DNA from: Methanomicrobiales archaeon
Lineage (GTDB): Archaea; Halobacteriota; Methanomicrobia; Methanomicrobiales; JACTUA01
NCBI GenBank assembly: GCA_029907705.1
Contig: JARYLJ010000002.1
Coordinates: forward strand, 8,373 to 72,372
DNA: 64,000 bases
Direction: 5' to 3'
Both the position numbers and the translations under genes were made by a program. Shown here in pieces: positions 30,038 through 39,055 of this stretch; the first letter of the stretch is position 1, and every line of letters starts with the position of its first letter. The notes beneath the pieces are model-generated. The model ran no database searches. It saw only the letters and a list, made by a program, of their open reading frames with translations, and was not told where the DNA came from.

Positions 30038-30253
30038 CTCTCCACCTCCTGTTACATAACGTGAGCAGACGAGGCGTAAAAAAATTTTGAAATGGCACGG
30101 GGCCATGCCTCTGCGGTTGATCGTCCCATGGAGATAAGATATCCTTCGGGAACAGGAGATATTTCGTGTTCACCCCGCACGGCGACCCAATGAAGGGGGG
30201 TGTTACCATGCCTAAAAAATTGGCACAGGTAGAAAGATGCAGGGATATATTTA

Positions 30254-30326
30254 CGCCCAGGTCGGAATTTGAATCCGAGTCGTCGGCGTGACAGGCCGAC
30301 ATGATAGGCCGCTACACCACCTGGGC
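30254..30326 (-). tRNA. tRNA-Asp (GUC)
   Basis: Reverse complement GCCCAGG..GGTGTAGCGGCCTATCAT..TCGGC-CTGTCAC-GCCGA..TCGGATTCAAATTCCGA-CCTGGGC-G folds as a cloverleaf. Anticodon GTC. Confidence 0.9.
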
Positions 30327-30341
30327 ACTGCCACCAAAGGA

Positions 30342-30447
30342 TCCCGCCTCCCGGATTCGAACCGGGGACATCGCGGTAGCCGCGCAGTTACCTGAATCGG
30401 TAAACCATACTACAGCCGCGCACTCTACCAGGCTGAGTTAAGGCGGG
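30342..30447 (-). tRNA. tRNA-Tyr (GUA) with an approximately 32-nt intron after position 37
   Basis: Reverse complement: CCCGCCT-TA-ACTCAGCCTGGTAGAGT-G-CGCGG-CTGTAG[TATGG...GCGCGGCT]A-CCGCG..CCCGGTTCGAATCCGGG-AGGCGGG-A. The C1:G72 pair plus A73 is the archaeal Tyr identity set. The mature loop is CUGUAGA. Confidence 0.8.
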
Positions 30448-30876
30448 TGCTGGTGCCCTCTAATATTTGAAAAATCAATTATTAAACATATCGTTCTCTC
30501 TTCTGGAAGAAAATATTGGAGAAGGGAAAAAACATGTGCCAGAAACGGAATGGGGCTGTCCAGATGGTCTCTGGAAGAGCGATTCGGCTCTCATGAGTAC
30601 TCTCTGGCAGACGGCGGGTGGTTTCGCGTGAAGCAGGAAAACTACCCACGGTTATTTGTCATCCATTCTGTAAAAAAACGAGAATCAGAGGAGATAGCAC
30701 CCGGTGGCGATTGAACGCGGCCAGTGCACGAATGCATGATCGAAGGTACCGGGCGGGGCTCTATCGGGCGCGCAGGCGCCCATTCGCAAGACAATCCTTC
30801 GTCAGGCACAGGAAACGACAGAAGGACCCCCCGGTCGCCTCCGATCTTATCCGGGTCGGAGCATGAAATGCGGGCA

Positions 30877-30972
30877 CATCAAAGGCCCGTATAGAACATC
30901 CAGAACGGAGCTGGCAAAACGGGTACCCATCGGGAAAGGGGGCATCAAAGGCCCGTATAGAACATCCAGAAC
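30877..30972. CRISPR. orphan CRISPR-like unit: two 30-nt direct repeats and one 36-nt spacer
   Basis: CATCAAAGGCCCGTATAGAACATCCAGAAC is identical at 30877-30906 and 30943-30972. The spacer is GGAGCTGGCAAAACGGGTACCCATCGGGAAAGGGGG. No cas gene lies in the window. Confidence 0.45.
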
Positions 30973-31040
30973 CATGGCAGAGCCGTTCATTTATTTAATA
31001 CAGACGCCAATAGTAAATGGCATGACACCACAAACGACTG

Positions 31041-32558
31041 ATGTGGGGTATTTTCTTCTTCACCCCCAGTAACGCACCGAAGAAGATCGCTGTTTTCGAC
31101 ACCACTCTGAGGGATGGCGAACAGACACCCGGTATATCCTTCACACTTCAGCAGAAACAGGAGATTGCGAGGCAGCTCTCCGAGATCGGAGTCCGCACGA
31201 TAGAGGCGGGATTTCCCGCGTCCTCCGGAGCGGAGGAGGAGACCGTCAGGAGCATCGCAGAGATGGGCCTGAGCGCCGATGTCTGCGGTCTCGCCAGGAT
31301 GCTGAAGAGTGACGTGGACGTATGCATCGACTGCAATGTCAGCATGGTGCACGTTTTCATTCCGACCTCGGACGTGCAGAGGATCCATACAATCCGGAAG
31401 AGCCGGGAAGAGGTGCTTCACGCACTGGAAGAGGTGATCGCCTATACGAGAGATCACATGGAGAAGGTGATGTTCTCCGCCATGGATGCCACCCGAACCG
31501 ACTGGGATTATCTCCTCCAGGTGTACGAGGCGGCAGTCAATGCCGGCGCGACCGTGATCAACGTCCCCGATACCGTGGGGGTGATGACGCCCTCCGCCAT
31601 GCGGCAGCTCGCATCGAGAATTTCCGACAGGATCAGAGTCCCCATCGATGTGCACTGCCACAATGACTTCGGGCTGGCCGTGGCAAACACGCTCGCAGCC
31701 GTGGAAGGCGGGGCCTCGCAGGTGCAGGTCACGGTGAACGGCCTCGGGGAGAGGGCAGGGAACGCCGATCTCTCGCAGACCGTGATGTCGCTCGAGTCCA
31801 TCTACGGGATCTCGACCGGGATCACGACGCAGAAGCTGGTCGAAACATCCAGGCTCGTCTCCAGATATGCCGGTTTCACCCTGCCTCCCACGCAGCCGAT
31901 CGTCGGGGACAATGCCTTCTCACACGAGAGTGGCATCCATTCGCACGGGGTGATCGCCTGCTCGCAGACCTTCGAGCCGGGCATCATGACACCGGAGATG
32001 GTGGGTCACCGGCGGAGGATCAAGATCGGCAAGCATACGGGCAGGCATGCGGTCAGGCAGCTCCTCGCCGATGTCCATATGCATCCCACGGAGGCACAGC
32101 TGGACGAGATCGTGGAGAAGATCAAGTTCATCGCTGGGAAAGGGAAGAAATTGACGGATGCCGACCTCTACGAAATCGCTGAGAGCGTTATCGGCGGCAA
32201 CGGCGGGAAGAGGGTGTTCAAACTCCAGGATATCACCGTCATCACCGGTAACCACACGATCCCGACCGCGAGCATCAGGGCGCTCGTCGACGATAAGGAG
32301 CATATCCACAGCAGCGTCGGCAGCGGTCCTGTGGACGCCGCGATGAAGGCGATACTGGCAGTACTGCCCGCCCCCATCGTGTTGAAGGAGTTCAGAATCG
32401 AGGCGATTTCAGGCGGTTCGGATGCGATCGGGCATGTCACGATTGCGGTGGAGGATCCTTCAGGGCGTATATTCGACGCCAGCGCTGCGGGCGACGATAT
32501 CGTCCTCGCCTCCGTAGAGGCGATGCTGAGGGCGGTGAACCTGCTCCACAGAAGATGA
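31041..32558 (+). CDS. 2-isopropylmalate synthase / (R)-citramalate synthase family protein
   Basis: 505 aa. FDTTLRDGEQ, HCHND.G and a C-terminal LeuA-dimer regulatory domain. LeuA and CimA cannot be told apart by eye. Confidence 0.9.
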   Translation: MWGIFFFTPSNAPKKIAVFDTTLRDGEQTPGISFTLQQKQEIARQLSEIGVRTIEAGFPASSGAEEETVRSIAEMGLSADVCGLARMLKSDVDVCIDCNVSMVHVFIPTSDVQRIHTIRKSREEVLHALEEVIAYTRDHMEKVMFSAMDATRTDWDYLLQVYEAAVNAGATVINVPDTVGVMTPSAMRQLASRISDRIRVPIDVHCHNDFGLAVANTLAAVEGGASQVQVTVNGLGERAGNADLSQTVMSLESIYGISTGITTQKLVETSRLVSRYAGFTLPPTQPIVGDNAFSHESGIHSHGVIACSQTFEPGIMTPEMVGHRRRIKIGKHTGRHAVRQLLADVHMHPTEAQLDEIVEKIKFIAGKGKKLTDADLYEIAESVIGGNGGKRVFKLQDITVITGNHTIPTASIRALVDDKEHIHSSVGSGPVDAAMKAILAVLPAPIVLKEFRIEAISGGSDAIGHVTIAVEDPSGRIFDASAAGDDIVLASVEAMLRAVNLLHRR

Positions 32559-32564
32559 GGTGGA

Positions 32565-32927
32565 TCAGGCGGCTTCCGGAGGCTTCCTCGCCTCAAGCGC
32601 CTCCTTCACCTGGGCACTGAGCTGTTCGAATCTGGCCTGCATCGCCTTCTCCTGTTTTTCAAGCGATTTTATCCTGATTTCGAGGCTCTCGATCTTCTCG
32701 TTGAGCGAACTGGAGACCCGGTTCTTCGGCTGCTTCACCATGATCGTGCCCACGTTCACGAAGATCTCTGCGTCCTCCGGCACGTCCTTAAGCTCCTCCT
32801 GGGCCTTTCTCGCCTCCCTCACCGCCAGCTCATACTGGGCCTTCTGGTTCAGCACGGTCTGCAGCTGCTGCTGCAGCTGCTGAAGCATGGCAATCTGGTT
32901 CTGAACTTTCATCGGTATATTATCCAT
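32565..32927 (-). CDS. pfdB: prefoldin subunit beta
   Basis: Start moved to ATG 32927 (MDNIPMKVQNQIAMLQQLQQQLQ...). Coiled coil-beta hairpin-coiled coil layout. Confidence 0.85.
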   Translation of the reverse strand: MDNIPMKVQNQIAMLQQLQQQLQTVLNQKAQYELAVREARKAQEELKDVPEDAEIFVNVGTIMVKQPKNRVSSSLNEKIESLEIRIKSLEKQEKAMQARFEQLSAQVKEALEARKPPEAA

Positions 32928-33165
32928 GGTTCGCAATCTCCTGCATCTCCGATGCCACATTGACCAGCCGCAGCCACATATTGAGCGCCGCTCTCAGGGC
33001 AGAGGTGTCACCTGCCTTCACATGCAGTACGAGGAGCCGGTCGTTCTCCAGGTAGATATCCGCATGCGAGCGGAATCCGAAACCATCCTCCTGCTCCGGT
33101 GCGAGTGAACGGTATATCAGATCCATCCCCTCACCCTCGAAGCGGAAAATTGCCTCGTGCATCAT
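32920..33165 (-). CDS. pcc1: KEOPS complex subunit Pcc1
   Basis: 81 aa. Pattern (..EAIFRFE...LAPE......R....L.......L.L...A.D..ALRA.LN.WLRL) and the conserved position upstream of pfdB. Confidence 0.7.
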   Translation of the reverse strand: MMHEAIFRFEGEGMDLIYRSLAPEQEDGFGFRSHADIYLENDRLLVLHVKAGDTSALRAALNMWLRLVNVASEMQEIANHG

Positions 33166-33287
33166 GCAAATACTTCGGCTGCTCTCTGGCCGCGTTCTAT
33201 CTGTCTTCTGGCATCTGCCTTTTTTTGGATGAGTACCGGATCAGATATCCTGCCATGGAGTGATAAACCGTATGGTTCCTCCCCCAT
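33162..33287 (-). CDS. possible 41-codon ORF translationally coupled to pcc1
   Basis: MGEEPYGLSLHGRISDPVLIQKKADARRQIERGQRAAEVFA. Its TGA overlaps the pcc1 ATG (ATGA). No family recognised. Confidence 0.25.
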   Translation of the reverse strand: MGEEPYGLSLHGRISDPVLIQKKADARRQIERGQRAAEVFA

Positions 33288-33382
33288 CAGCACCCTCGAA
33301 GATATCGCCCCATCGCAGGTTCTGAATTGACCATCCAGAAATCAGGGTAAATCGTTGTCTGTAGCGGGGGTTGAGAGACGAT

Positions 33383-33517
33383 CTATCGCGCCTTCAGATC
33401 CTTGATCCCCGCGCCGCGCTCCTTGAAGAGGATCCGGTGACCGCAGTAGGGACACCTCACATTCACGTCGATCTCGACCTTGTGCTTGCACCGTGCGCAC
33501 TTGTATGAACCGGGCAC
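33383..33517 (-). CDS. rpoP: DNA-directed RNA polymerase subunit P (Rpo12)
   Basis: Start taken as GTG 33517, after GGAGGAGGG. (M)[33 protein letters not shown] is the RpoP zinc ribbon. The upstream part of the track ORF overlaps rpl37ae. Confidence 0.7.
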   Translation of the reverse strand: MPGSYKCARCKHKVEIDVNVRCPYCGHRILFKERGAGIKDLKAR

Positions 33518-33519
33518 TC

Positions 33520-33813
33520 TCAGCCCTCCTCCTTCATGCCAGGCCGCTCGATCGACCTCTTCGCCATCTTCATATTCGGGGTCACAGGCACGTAGGCACC
33601 GCCGGCGAACCTGAATCCACACTTGCGGCATCTCCAGATTCCGGTCCCCTCTCTCTTCACGGAGATGGTATCGCACCGGGGGCAGGGGTGTCTCGCACGG
33701 GAGATCCTTTCCACCTCCACCACCCTCTTCCTGATAAACCTTCCGTATCTAGGTCCGAATCTCCCTGCAGAACCTGAAATTTTGCCCTTTGTCTTCTGCT
33801 TCACACCGGCCAT
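33520..33813 (-). CDS. rpl37ae: 50S ribosomal protein L37Ae
   Basis: Start moved to ATG 33813. [24 protein letters not shown]...CPRC...CRKCG zinc ribbon. Confidence 0.9.
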   Translation of the reverse strand: MAGVKQKTKGKISGSAGRFGPRYGRFIRKRVVEVERISRARHPCPRCDTISVKREGTGIWRCRKCGFRFAGGAYVPVTPNMKMAKRSIERPGMKEEG

Positions 33814-33853
33814 ATCCTCGAACCTCGTGTCCAGATAAATTGTATCTTTCACT

Positions 33854-33862
33854 TTATATATC
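33854..33862 (-). promoter_or_regulatory. candidate TATA box for rpl37ae-rpoP
   Basis: ATATATAAA on the minus strand, about 41-49 nt upstream of the rpl37ae ATG, inside the 52-nt spacer after sdo1. Confidence 0.45.
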
Positions 33863-33865
33863 TGC

Positions 33866-34570
33866 TCAGGACGGTCTGTGCAGGAGCCTGATATCGCCGG
33901 AACCCTTGCTCAGCCTGTTCACATCCGAAAAGAGTTCATCCTGCATTCCACCGGGTATCCTGACGATGCAGATCCAGGACCCATCCTTCTGCCACTCGTC
34001 CTTCTCCACCGTCCAGCGGTTGGTGAACTCCCCGTACGCCTTGGGGGCATGCTCCGAGGGGAATCTGACCGCAATCCGGACCTCCTCGAAGCGGATCGGG
34101 ATGATGGGCCGGATCGCCTTCATCGCATCCTTCACCAGTTCGTCCAGAGTTCTGAAGGGATCGATATTCACCTTCGCCTCCTCCATCGCCATCTCTATCC
34201 TCTGTGGTGGGTGCGGGAGGCCTGTCTGCGGGTTCAGCGCATGCTTTGCGATGAAGCTGATCACCTGCCTCCGTTTGTCGGCGATGAGCTCCCTTCGCTG
34301 TTCCGCCGTGAGATGGATCTCACCCTTCTCGATGATCCTTCTCACGATCGTCTCGAAGTCGTTCGTCTGGAATACCTTTCTGAGCGCTTCTTCGGAGGCG
34401 CGCTCCCCTCTCGTCGCATTCTCGAATATGTGCAGGGCAGCGACCATCTGGTCTATCTGGATCTCCTCTCCCTTTCGGAGCCGGTGCGCGAGGTCCGGAT
34501 CAACCAGTATCTCGAACCTCTCGCCCCCGCTCTCGTACCTCGCCACCACCGCTCGCTCGAGAGGGATCAT
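33866..34570 (-). CDS. sdo1: ribosome maturation protein SDO1 (SBDS family)
   Basis: 234 aa. N-terminal FYSH-domain pattern ([17 protein letters not shown]...) and full three-domain length. Confidence 0.9.
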   Translation of the reverse strand: MIPLERAVVARYESGGERFEILVDPDLAHRLRKGEEIQIDQMVAALHIFENATRGERASEEALRKVFQTNDFETIVRRIIEKGEIHLTAEQRRELIADKRRQVISFIAKHALNPQTGLPHPPQRIEMAMEEAKVNIDPFRTLDELVKDAMKAIRPIIPIRFEEVRIAVRFPSEHAPKAYGEFTNRWTVEKDEWQKDGSWICIVRIPGGMQDELFSDVNRLSKGSGDIRLLHRPS

Positions 34571-34590
34571 GGGCGGTCCTGCCGGAGGGA

Positions 34591-35313
34591 CTACTGGGAG
34601 AGTCTGCTCACGAAGCTCGCGACCTCTTCCTTCTCCATCTTCCTGAAGGTGCGGCTCCGAGCATCGATCACACCGATCTCGATGTTCGAGACATCCATCT
34701 TGCCCTCGGTCGCTTCATGAAGCGCCTTCAGGCCGAGCATGATCGCCTCCTCCATGGAGAGGTCCTCCCTGTACTCCTCCTCGAAGACCTTCATGACCGC
34801 AGGACGACCGGTGCCAATGCCGGTTGCCTTGTATTCGAGGAGGGTCCCGCTCGGGTCGGTCTCGAAGAGACGCGACGAACCTTCGCTCACTCCTGCGATG
34901 AGGAGCGCGGTTCCATAGGGTCTCGCCCCTCCGAACATCGTGTAGACCTGCATCTGATCGCAGAGCCTCTTCGCGAGGGTCTCCACATCGATCGCCTCGT
35001 CGAACGACACCCGGTTGATCTGGCATTCGACCCTTGCCCGGTCCACGAGCGCGCGTGCATCTCCCACGAGCCCCGAGGAGGCGACGCCGATGTGTTCGTC
35101 GATCTTGAAAATCTTCTCGATGGAGCTTGCCTCGAGGAGGCGAGTCGCCACCCTCTTGTCGACGATCAGCACGACACCTCCGGCATACTTCAGCCCTACC
35201 GCGGTCGTACCCCTCTTCACCGCTTCTCGTGCATACTCTACCTGATATAACCTTCCATCAGGGCTGAATACCGTGATCGCCCTGTCGTAACCCATCTGGT
35301 ATTGTGGCTGCAT
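34591..35313 (-). CDS. psmA: proteasome subunit alpha
   Basis: 240 aa. MQPQYQMGYDRAITVFSPDGRLYQVEYA is the canonical alpha-subunit N-terminus. Confidence 0.95.
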   Translation of the reverse strand: MQPQYQMGYDRAITVFSPDGRLYQVEYAREAVKRGTTAVGLKYAGGVVLIVDKRVATRLLEASSIEKIFKIDEHIGVASSGLVGDARALVDRARVECQINRVSFDEAIDVETLAKRLCDQMQVYTMFGGARPYGTALLIAGVSEGSSRLFETDPSGTLLEYKATGIGTGRPAVMKVFEEEYREDLSMEEAIMLGLKALHEATEGKMDVSNIEIGVIDARSRTFRKMEKEEVASFVSRLSQ

Positions 35314-35795
35314 TATCTCTCCTCCAGTTCATTATCTGTGAAAAATAATAATTCTTGATTTTTTATACCTTCTTCTATCAAATCAATCTTCTGACCTGCA
35401 TATCTGACGGCCTCCATCGCTCTCCCGCCCCTCTCGATCGCCAGCCTCTCCCCCTTCAGCGGCATTCGCGCCATCCTTCGCTTCAGGGAGAGTATGGTCC
35501 CGCTCCTGGCAACGGTTCGCAGGGAGACGGGATGGCGGTTCGCTCCAACGACGGTGGCGATTGCCGTAGCGAGCCTCTCATCCTCGCCTCTTGTGCATCG
35601 CAGAATGGCGTAACCCCTCGCGACCGTCACGACGGAGGGCTGCATACATGCGGTGATTCGATCGCCCCACAAAGATGTGGCCGCCTCCATGACCGCACTG
35701 TACAGCTCCTTCGCCTCGAACTCGCGCCACGGCGGGTTGATCCTCGCCAGGAGATAGCGGCGTTTCAGTCTGAACGTGGGCGGTCTCCTGCCCAT
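35313..35795 (-). CDS. rnp2: RNase P protein component 2 (Pop5 homologue)
   Basis: Start moved to ATG 35795 (MGRRPPTFRLKRRYLLARI...). The stop overlaps the psmA ATG by 1 nt (TAATG). Confidence 0.75.
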   Translation of the reverse strand: MGRRPPTFRLKRRYLLARINPPWREFEAKELYSAVMEAATSLWGDRITACMQPSVVTVARGYAILRCTRGEDERLATAIATVVGANRHPVSLRTVARSGTILSLKRRMARMPLKGERLAIERGGRAMEAVRYAGQKIDLIEEGIKNQELLFFTDNELEER

Positions 35796-36445
35796 CCGAT
35801 CACCTCCACATCCCTTCTCTCCCTCAACAGAAGGCCCATGGTTCCGAGCGCACGGTATACCTCTTCCTGCCCCATACCGAAGAGAGCGCAGAGCCGCATC
35901 GCATCCCTCACCCCCCGCTGTTCCAGGACTGAAGCGGCTCCCGTGGAGATGGTCAGGGGAACGCCCAGACGGCGGTGCAGCATGAGGATATCCCGATACC
36001 GCTGGATGGCCCTCTGCCTCGCATGCCCCCTCGTCCTGACCAGGGGGTTCAGCTCGATGTCCCAGGCGACCCTTCTCTGTGCAGCGAAGCGTGCCAGAAC
36101 ATGGTCGACCGCATTCGATGGTGCCCTCCAGAGGCCTCTCAGAATTTTTATACCCGGAATCGATATGACCGCCCTGTTGAAGGCATATTCCCCTGCCTCG
36201 ACCATGATGATACGGTCTCCGGGGGCCCGCCGGCATGCGGCAGTGACGCCCTTCGCTGACTTCTCTTCGATACAGTACCCCTTCAGCACCTGTATCCCGT
36301 GCGCTCCCAGCTCCTCCCGTGCGAGGGCATCGCCGCCCAGGGCGATCGCACTGTCATATCCGAGTTCCCTGCATTCCAGTGCCATACGCCCGAGGGAGGA
36401 ATCCCCCAATGGATACGGTCGTATGCAGGCATCGGTAAATTTCAT
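35765..36445 (-). CDS. rnp3: RNase P protein component 3 (Rpp30 homologue, PHP-like TIM barrel)
   Basis: 226 aa. MKFTDACIRPYP... and its conserved position between rpl15e and rnp2. Confidence 0.8.
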   Translation of the reverse strand: MKFTDACIRPYPLGDSSLGRMALECRELGYDSAIALGGDALAREELGAHGIQVLKGYCIEEKSAKGVTAACRRAPGDRIIMVEAGEYAFNRAVISIPGIKILRGLWRAPSNAVDHVLARFAAQRRVAWDIELNPLVRTRGHARQRAIQRYRDILMLHRRLGVPLTISTGAASVLEQRGVRDAMRLCALFGMGQEEVYRALGTMGLLLRERRDVEVIGWAGDRPRSD

Positions 36446-36463
36446 TGGAAAAGAGCAGGAGGG

Positions 36464-37054
36464 TTATTTGCCTCTATTGGCATGCGATCTGATGCTCGGC
36501 CTGATCTTCTCGGCACCCGAACCCCTGCAGCGCATACCGCGCCCCCTGATGCCGGCACTCGTCTTCCCCCGCTCTGCCCTGCCCCGGTGGACCGGATCGG
36601 CCATCCACGATAATCTCGAATCCGCTCTCACCGCCGGGTGGTGTCCATCCACGAGGATCACCTCATACCACCGGTGCCGGCCGTCCTCTCCCACCCAGTA
36701 GGAGTTCAGCACCTCCATATTGGGGAAACGCCTCGATGCGCGCTCTTCCGCGATCCTCTGCAGGCTCTTCGCAGGGGAGGTGTGGCGTACACCCATATGC
36801 GCGGTCCGTCTCCCCCTCACGTACCTCGAAATCCTTCTGCCACCGCGACGCACCCTGACACGTGAGACGACGATCCCCTGTTTCGCACGATACCCGAGAG
36901 CCCGAGCGCGGTCCAGTCTGGTCGGATGTTCGATCCGAACCACCGTTCCCTCGCGCCTCCAGCCCTGCAAACGCTGCCAGAGCAGTGCGCTCACGCCGGA
37001 ATCGTCCGGTCTCTTCCATGCATCCCTTATATAGGAATAAAACGATCGCACCAT
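36464..37054 (-). CDS. rpl15e: 50S ribosomal protein L15e
   Basis: 196 aa. [11 protein letters not shown]...[24 protein letters not shown] is unmistakable L15e. Confidence 0.95.
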   Translation of the reverse strand: MVRSFYSYIRDAWKRPDDSGVSALLWQRLQGWRREGTVVRIEHPTRLDRARALGYRAKQGIVVSRVRVRRGGRRISRYVRGRRTAHMGVRHTSPAKSLQRIAEERASRRFPNMEVLNSYWVGEDGRHRWYEVILVDGHHPAVRADSRLSWMADPVHRGRAERGKTSAGIRGRGMRCRGSGAEKIRPSIRSHANRGK

Positions 37055-37173
37055 TCCATCGATCTCCTTCAGGTTCAGCTGCCAGCGCAGCTACATTCCT
37101 CAACGGGACGTATCCCGTGGTTCTTTATATATCGGCCGCTGGCTTATTAAAATACTCCGTCCCAGGCGGGCAA

Positions 37174-37650
37174 TCACCCGACCTTCCTCTTCTCCAGCAC
37201 CCGTATCTCACCGATCTCTGTCGAAGGGTACTGTCCCGCCGTATCCTTCTCCGCCGATTTCACCATGTCCCAGACCGTGAGCAGGGCGACGCTCACGCCG
37301 GTGAGTGCTTCCATCTCCACACCTGTCTTTCCCAGCGAGGTGACCCTCACCTGCACCTCCAGGTAGCCCTCCCCAAAGGAGAAGTCCACATCCACACCCG
37401 TGATGGGGATCTGGTGGCACATGGGGATCAGGGAGGAGGTCCCCTTCACCGCCATGATCCCTGCCACTTCCGCAGTGACCAGGACATTGCCCTTCACGAC
37501 CGAACCTGTTCTGATCGCCGTCAGCGTCTCCTCCCTCAGGTAAATCCGGCCCGATGCGATTGCCACCCTGTGAACCTCGCCCTTCTCTGTGATATCGATC
37601 ATATGGACGCGATCCCCCCGCATATGTGTGAATTCAGGCACTCTTCTCAC
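37174..37650 (-). CDS. moaC: cyclic pyranopterin monophosphate synthase
   Basis: 158 aa. FTHM......MIDI..K and KG.VL..A..AGI.A.K.T..LIP.CH motifs. Confidence 0.9.
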   Translation of the reverse strand: MRRVPEFTHMRGDRVHMIDITEKGEVHRVAIASGRIYLREETLTAIRTGSVVKGNVLVTAEVAGIMAVKGTSSLIPMCHQIPITGVDVDFSFGEGYLEVQVRVTSLGKTGVEMEALTGVSVALLTVWDMVKSAEKDTAGQYPSTEIGEIRVLEKRKVG

Positions 37651-39055
37651 CCCGCAGGACCGCAGGTATGAATGAAAGCAGATCGCTTGCGATCATCCCA
37701 TCGCCTCTGTCGAGCGCCGCTCTCTCCCCTGCAATCCCGTTCGCATATGTGGCAGCACAGGCCGCCTCGAACGCAGGCATCCTGCAGAAGAAGGCGGCCA
37801 CCGCACCGGCGAGGACATCCCCTGTGCCTCCCACCGTCATCGCAGGGCATCCGGAACGATTGAAACGGAGGCGCTCACCATCGGATACGATGTCGACTGG
37901 CCCCTTCAGGACCACCACTCCATTTCTCCGCGCATATCTCTTCACCAGCCTCGCCCTCTCGCGGAGATCTTTGGGTGGAAGCACCCCTGTCATCCTGCCG
38001 AATTCACCTGCATGCGGGGTATAGATGGTCATCTCCCCCACCGGCAGGGGTGTGCGGAGTGCATCGGCATCCACCACGAGCCGGCGGCAGCAGGATGCGA
38101 GTTTCTGTGCAACGCCATGGCCTTCGGGCCCCATCCCTGCACCGATCGCGACCACATCCGCCCAGGAGGAGAGCTTCAGGAGCGTCTCCAGATGCTCCTC
38201 TCCGATCCTCTCGCCCTCCAGCGGTTCGTAAATCAGATCTGGAAAGGACATCGCCACCGGGGAGGCGATCCGGACGAGATCTGCCCCGCTCCGGAGGGCG
38301 GCGAGTGCGGTCAGGTAGGGCGCCCCCTGATAAGGCCCTCCACCGACGACGAGCACCCTGCCCCCCGCACCTTTATGGGCATCTGCGCTCCTCTCGGGGA
38401 TCAGCAGCAGGTCGCCGGGGCCGGTGAAGATCTCTGCCTCGAGCGGGATACCGATACATGCCGTATCGACACCCTCCATCTTCGGGCGATGCAGGGCGAG
38501 TATCGCATCCGCCCTCGTGCCCTCCGTCGGAACGTCCACCGCCAGAATGAACGCTTCTGCCTCGTTCGCCATGCCGACGCATGTCCTGTAGGGTTCTCTC
38601 AGGCCTCCTCTCGCACCCGTCCCCAGAAGTGCATCCACCACGAGATCGGCGCTGTCGAACAGGTGTTTGAGCGCCTTCACCTCCTCCGGGCAATCGACCA
38701 CGTGAACCGAAACCGCACAGGACCCGAGGAGGCGGAGCTGCAGGCGGTTTTCATCCGATCTGCTCTCGCCGCCGATGCAGATCACAGAGGTCTCGAGATC
38801 GTTCTGCAGGTACCTGGCCGCCGCCATCCCATCGGCGCCGTTGTTCCCCTTCCCACACAGGACGAGGACCTTCGATGGTCCCTTCGCCCTGACCGCATTC
38901 GCGATCGCGGCACCTGCCGATTCCATCATCTGGAGAGTACCCACACCGAGTGCAATGGCATTCCTCTCGATCGCCCTCATCCTTTCAGAGGTGACGACGC
39001 CGGTATCGAGAAACTCCCGCAATCCGTTCAGCACCATCCCCGGCACACCATTCAT
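37634..39055 (-). CDS. nnr: bifunctional NAD(P)H-hydrate epimerase / ADP-dependent dehydratase
   Basis: Start moved to ATG 39055. N-terminal YjeF-N domain (LCGKGNNGADG) and C-terminal carbohydrate-kinase domain (GTGDVLAG). Confidence 0.85.
   Translation of the reverse strand: MNGVPGMVLNGLREFLDTGVVTSERMRAIERNAIALGVGTLQMMESAGAAIANAVRAKGPSKVLVLCGKGNNGADGMAAARYLQNDLETSVICIGGESRSDENRLQLRLLGSCAVSVHVVDCPEEVKALKHLFDSADLVVDALLGTGARGGLREPYRTCVGMANEAEAFILAVDVPTEGTRADAILALHRPKMEGVDTACIGIPLEAEIFTGPGDLLLIPERSADAHKGAGGRVLVVGGGPYQGAPYLTALAALRSGADLVRIASPVAMSFPDLIYEPLEGERIGEEHLETLLKLSSWADVVAIGAGMGPEGHGVAQKLASCCRRLVVDADALRTPLPVGEMTIYTPHAGEFGRMTGVLPPKDLRERARLVKRYARRNGVVVLKGPVDIVSDGERLRFNRSGCPAMTVGGTGDVLAGAVAAFFCRMPAFEAACAATYANGIAGERAALDRGDGMIASDLLSFIPAVLRGEKSA

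Noticed and set aside
30863-31072. 69-aa ORF MKCGHIKGPYRTSRT...GGIKGPYRTSRT...
   Set aside because: The internal peptide repeat is simply the translation of the two 30-nt direct repeats. The ORF runs into the leuA/cimA start region and has no start context.
35355-36701. 448-aa plus-strand ORF across the RNase P protein genes
   Set aside because: It is antisense to rnp2, rnp3 and part of rpl15e. Composition is Pro/Ser/Arg-rich.
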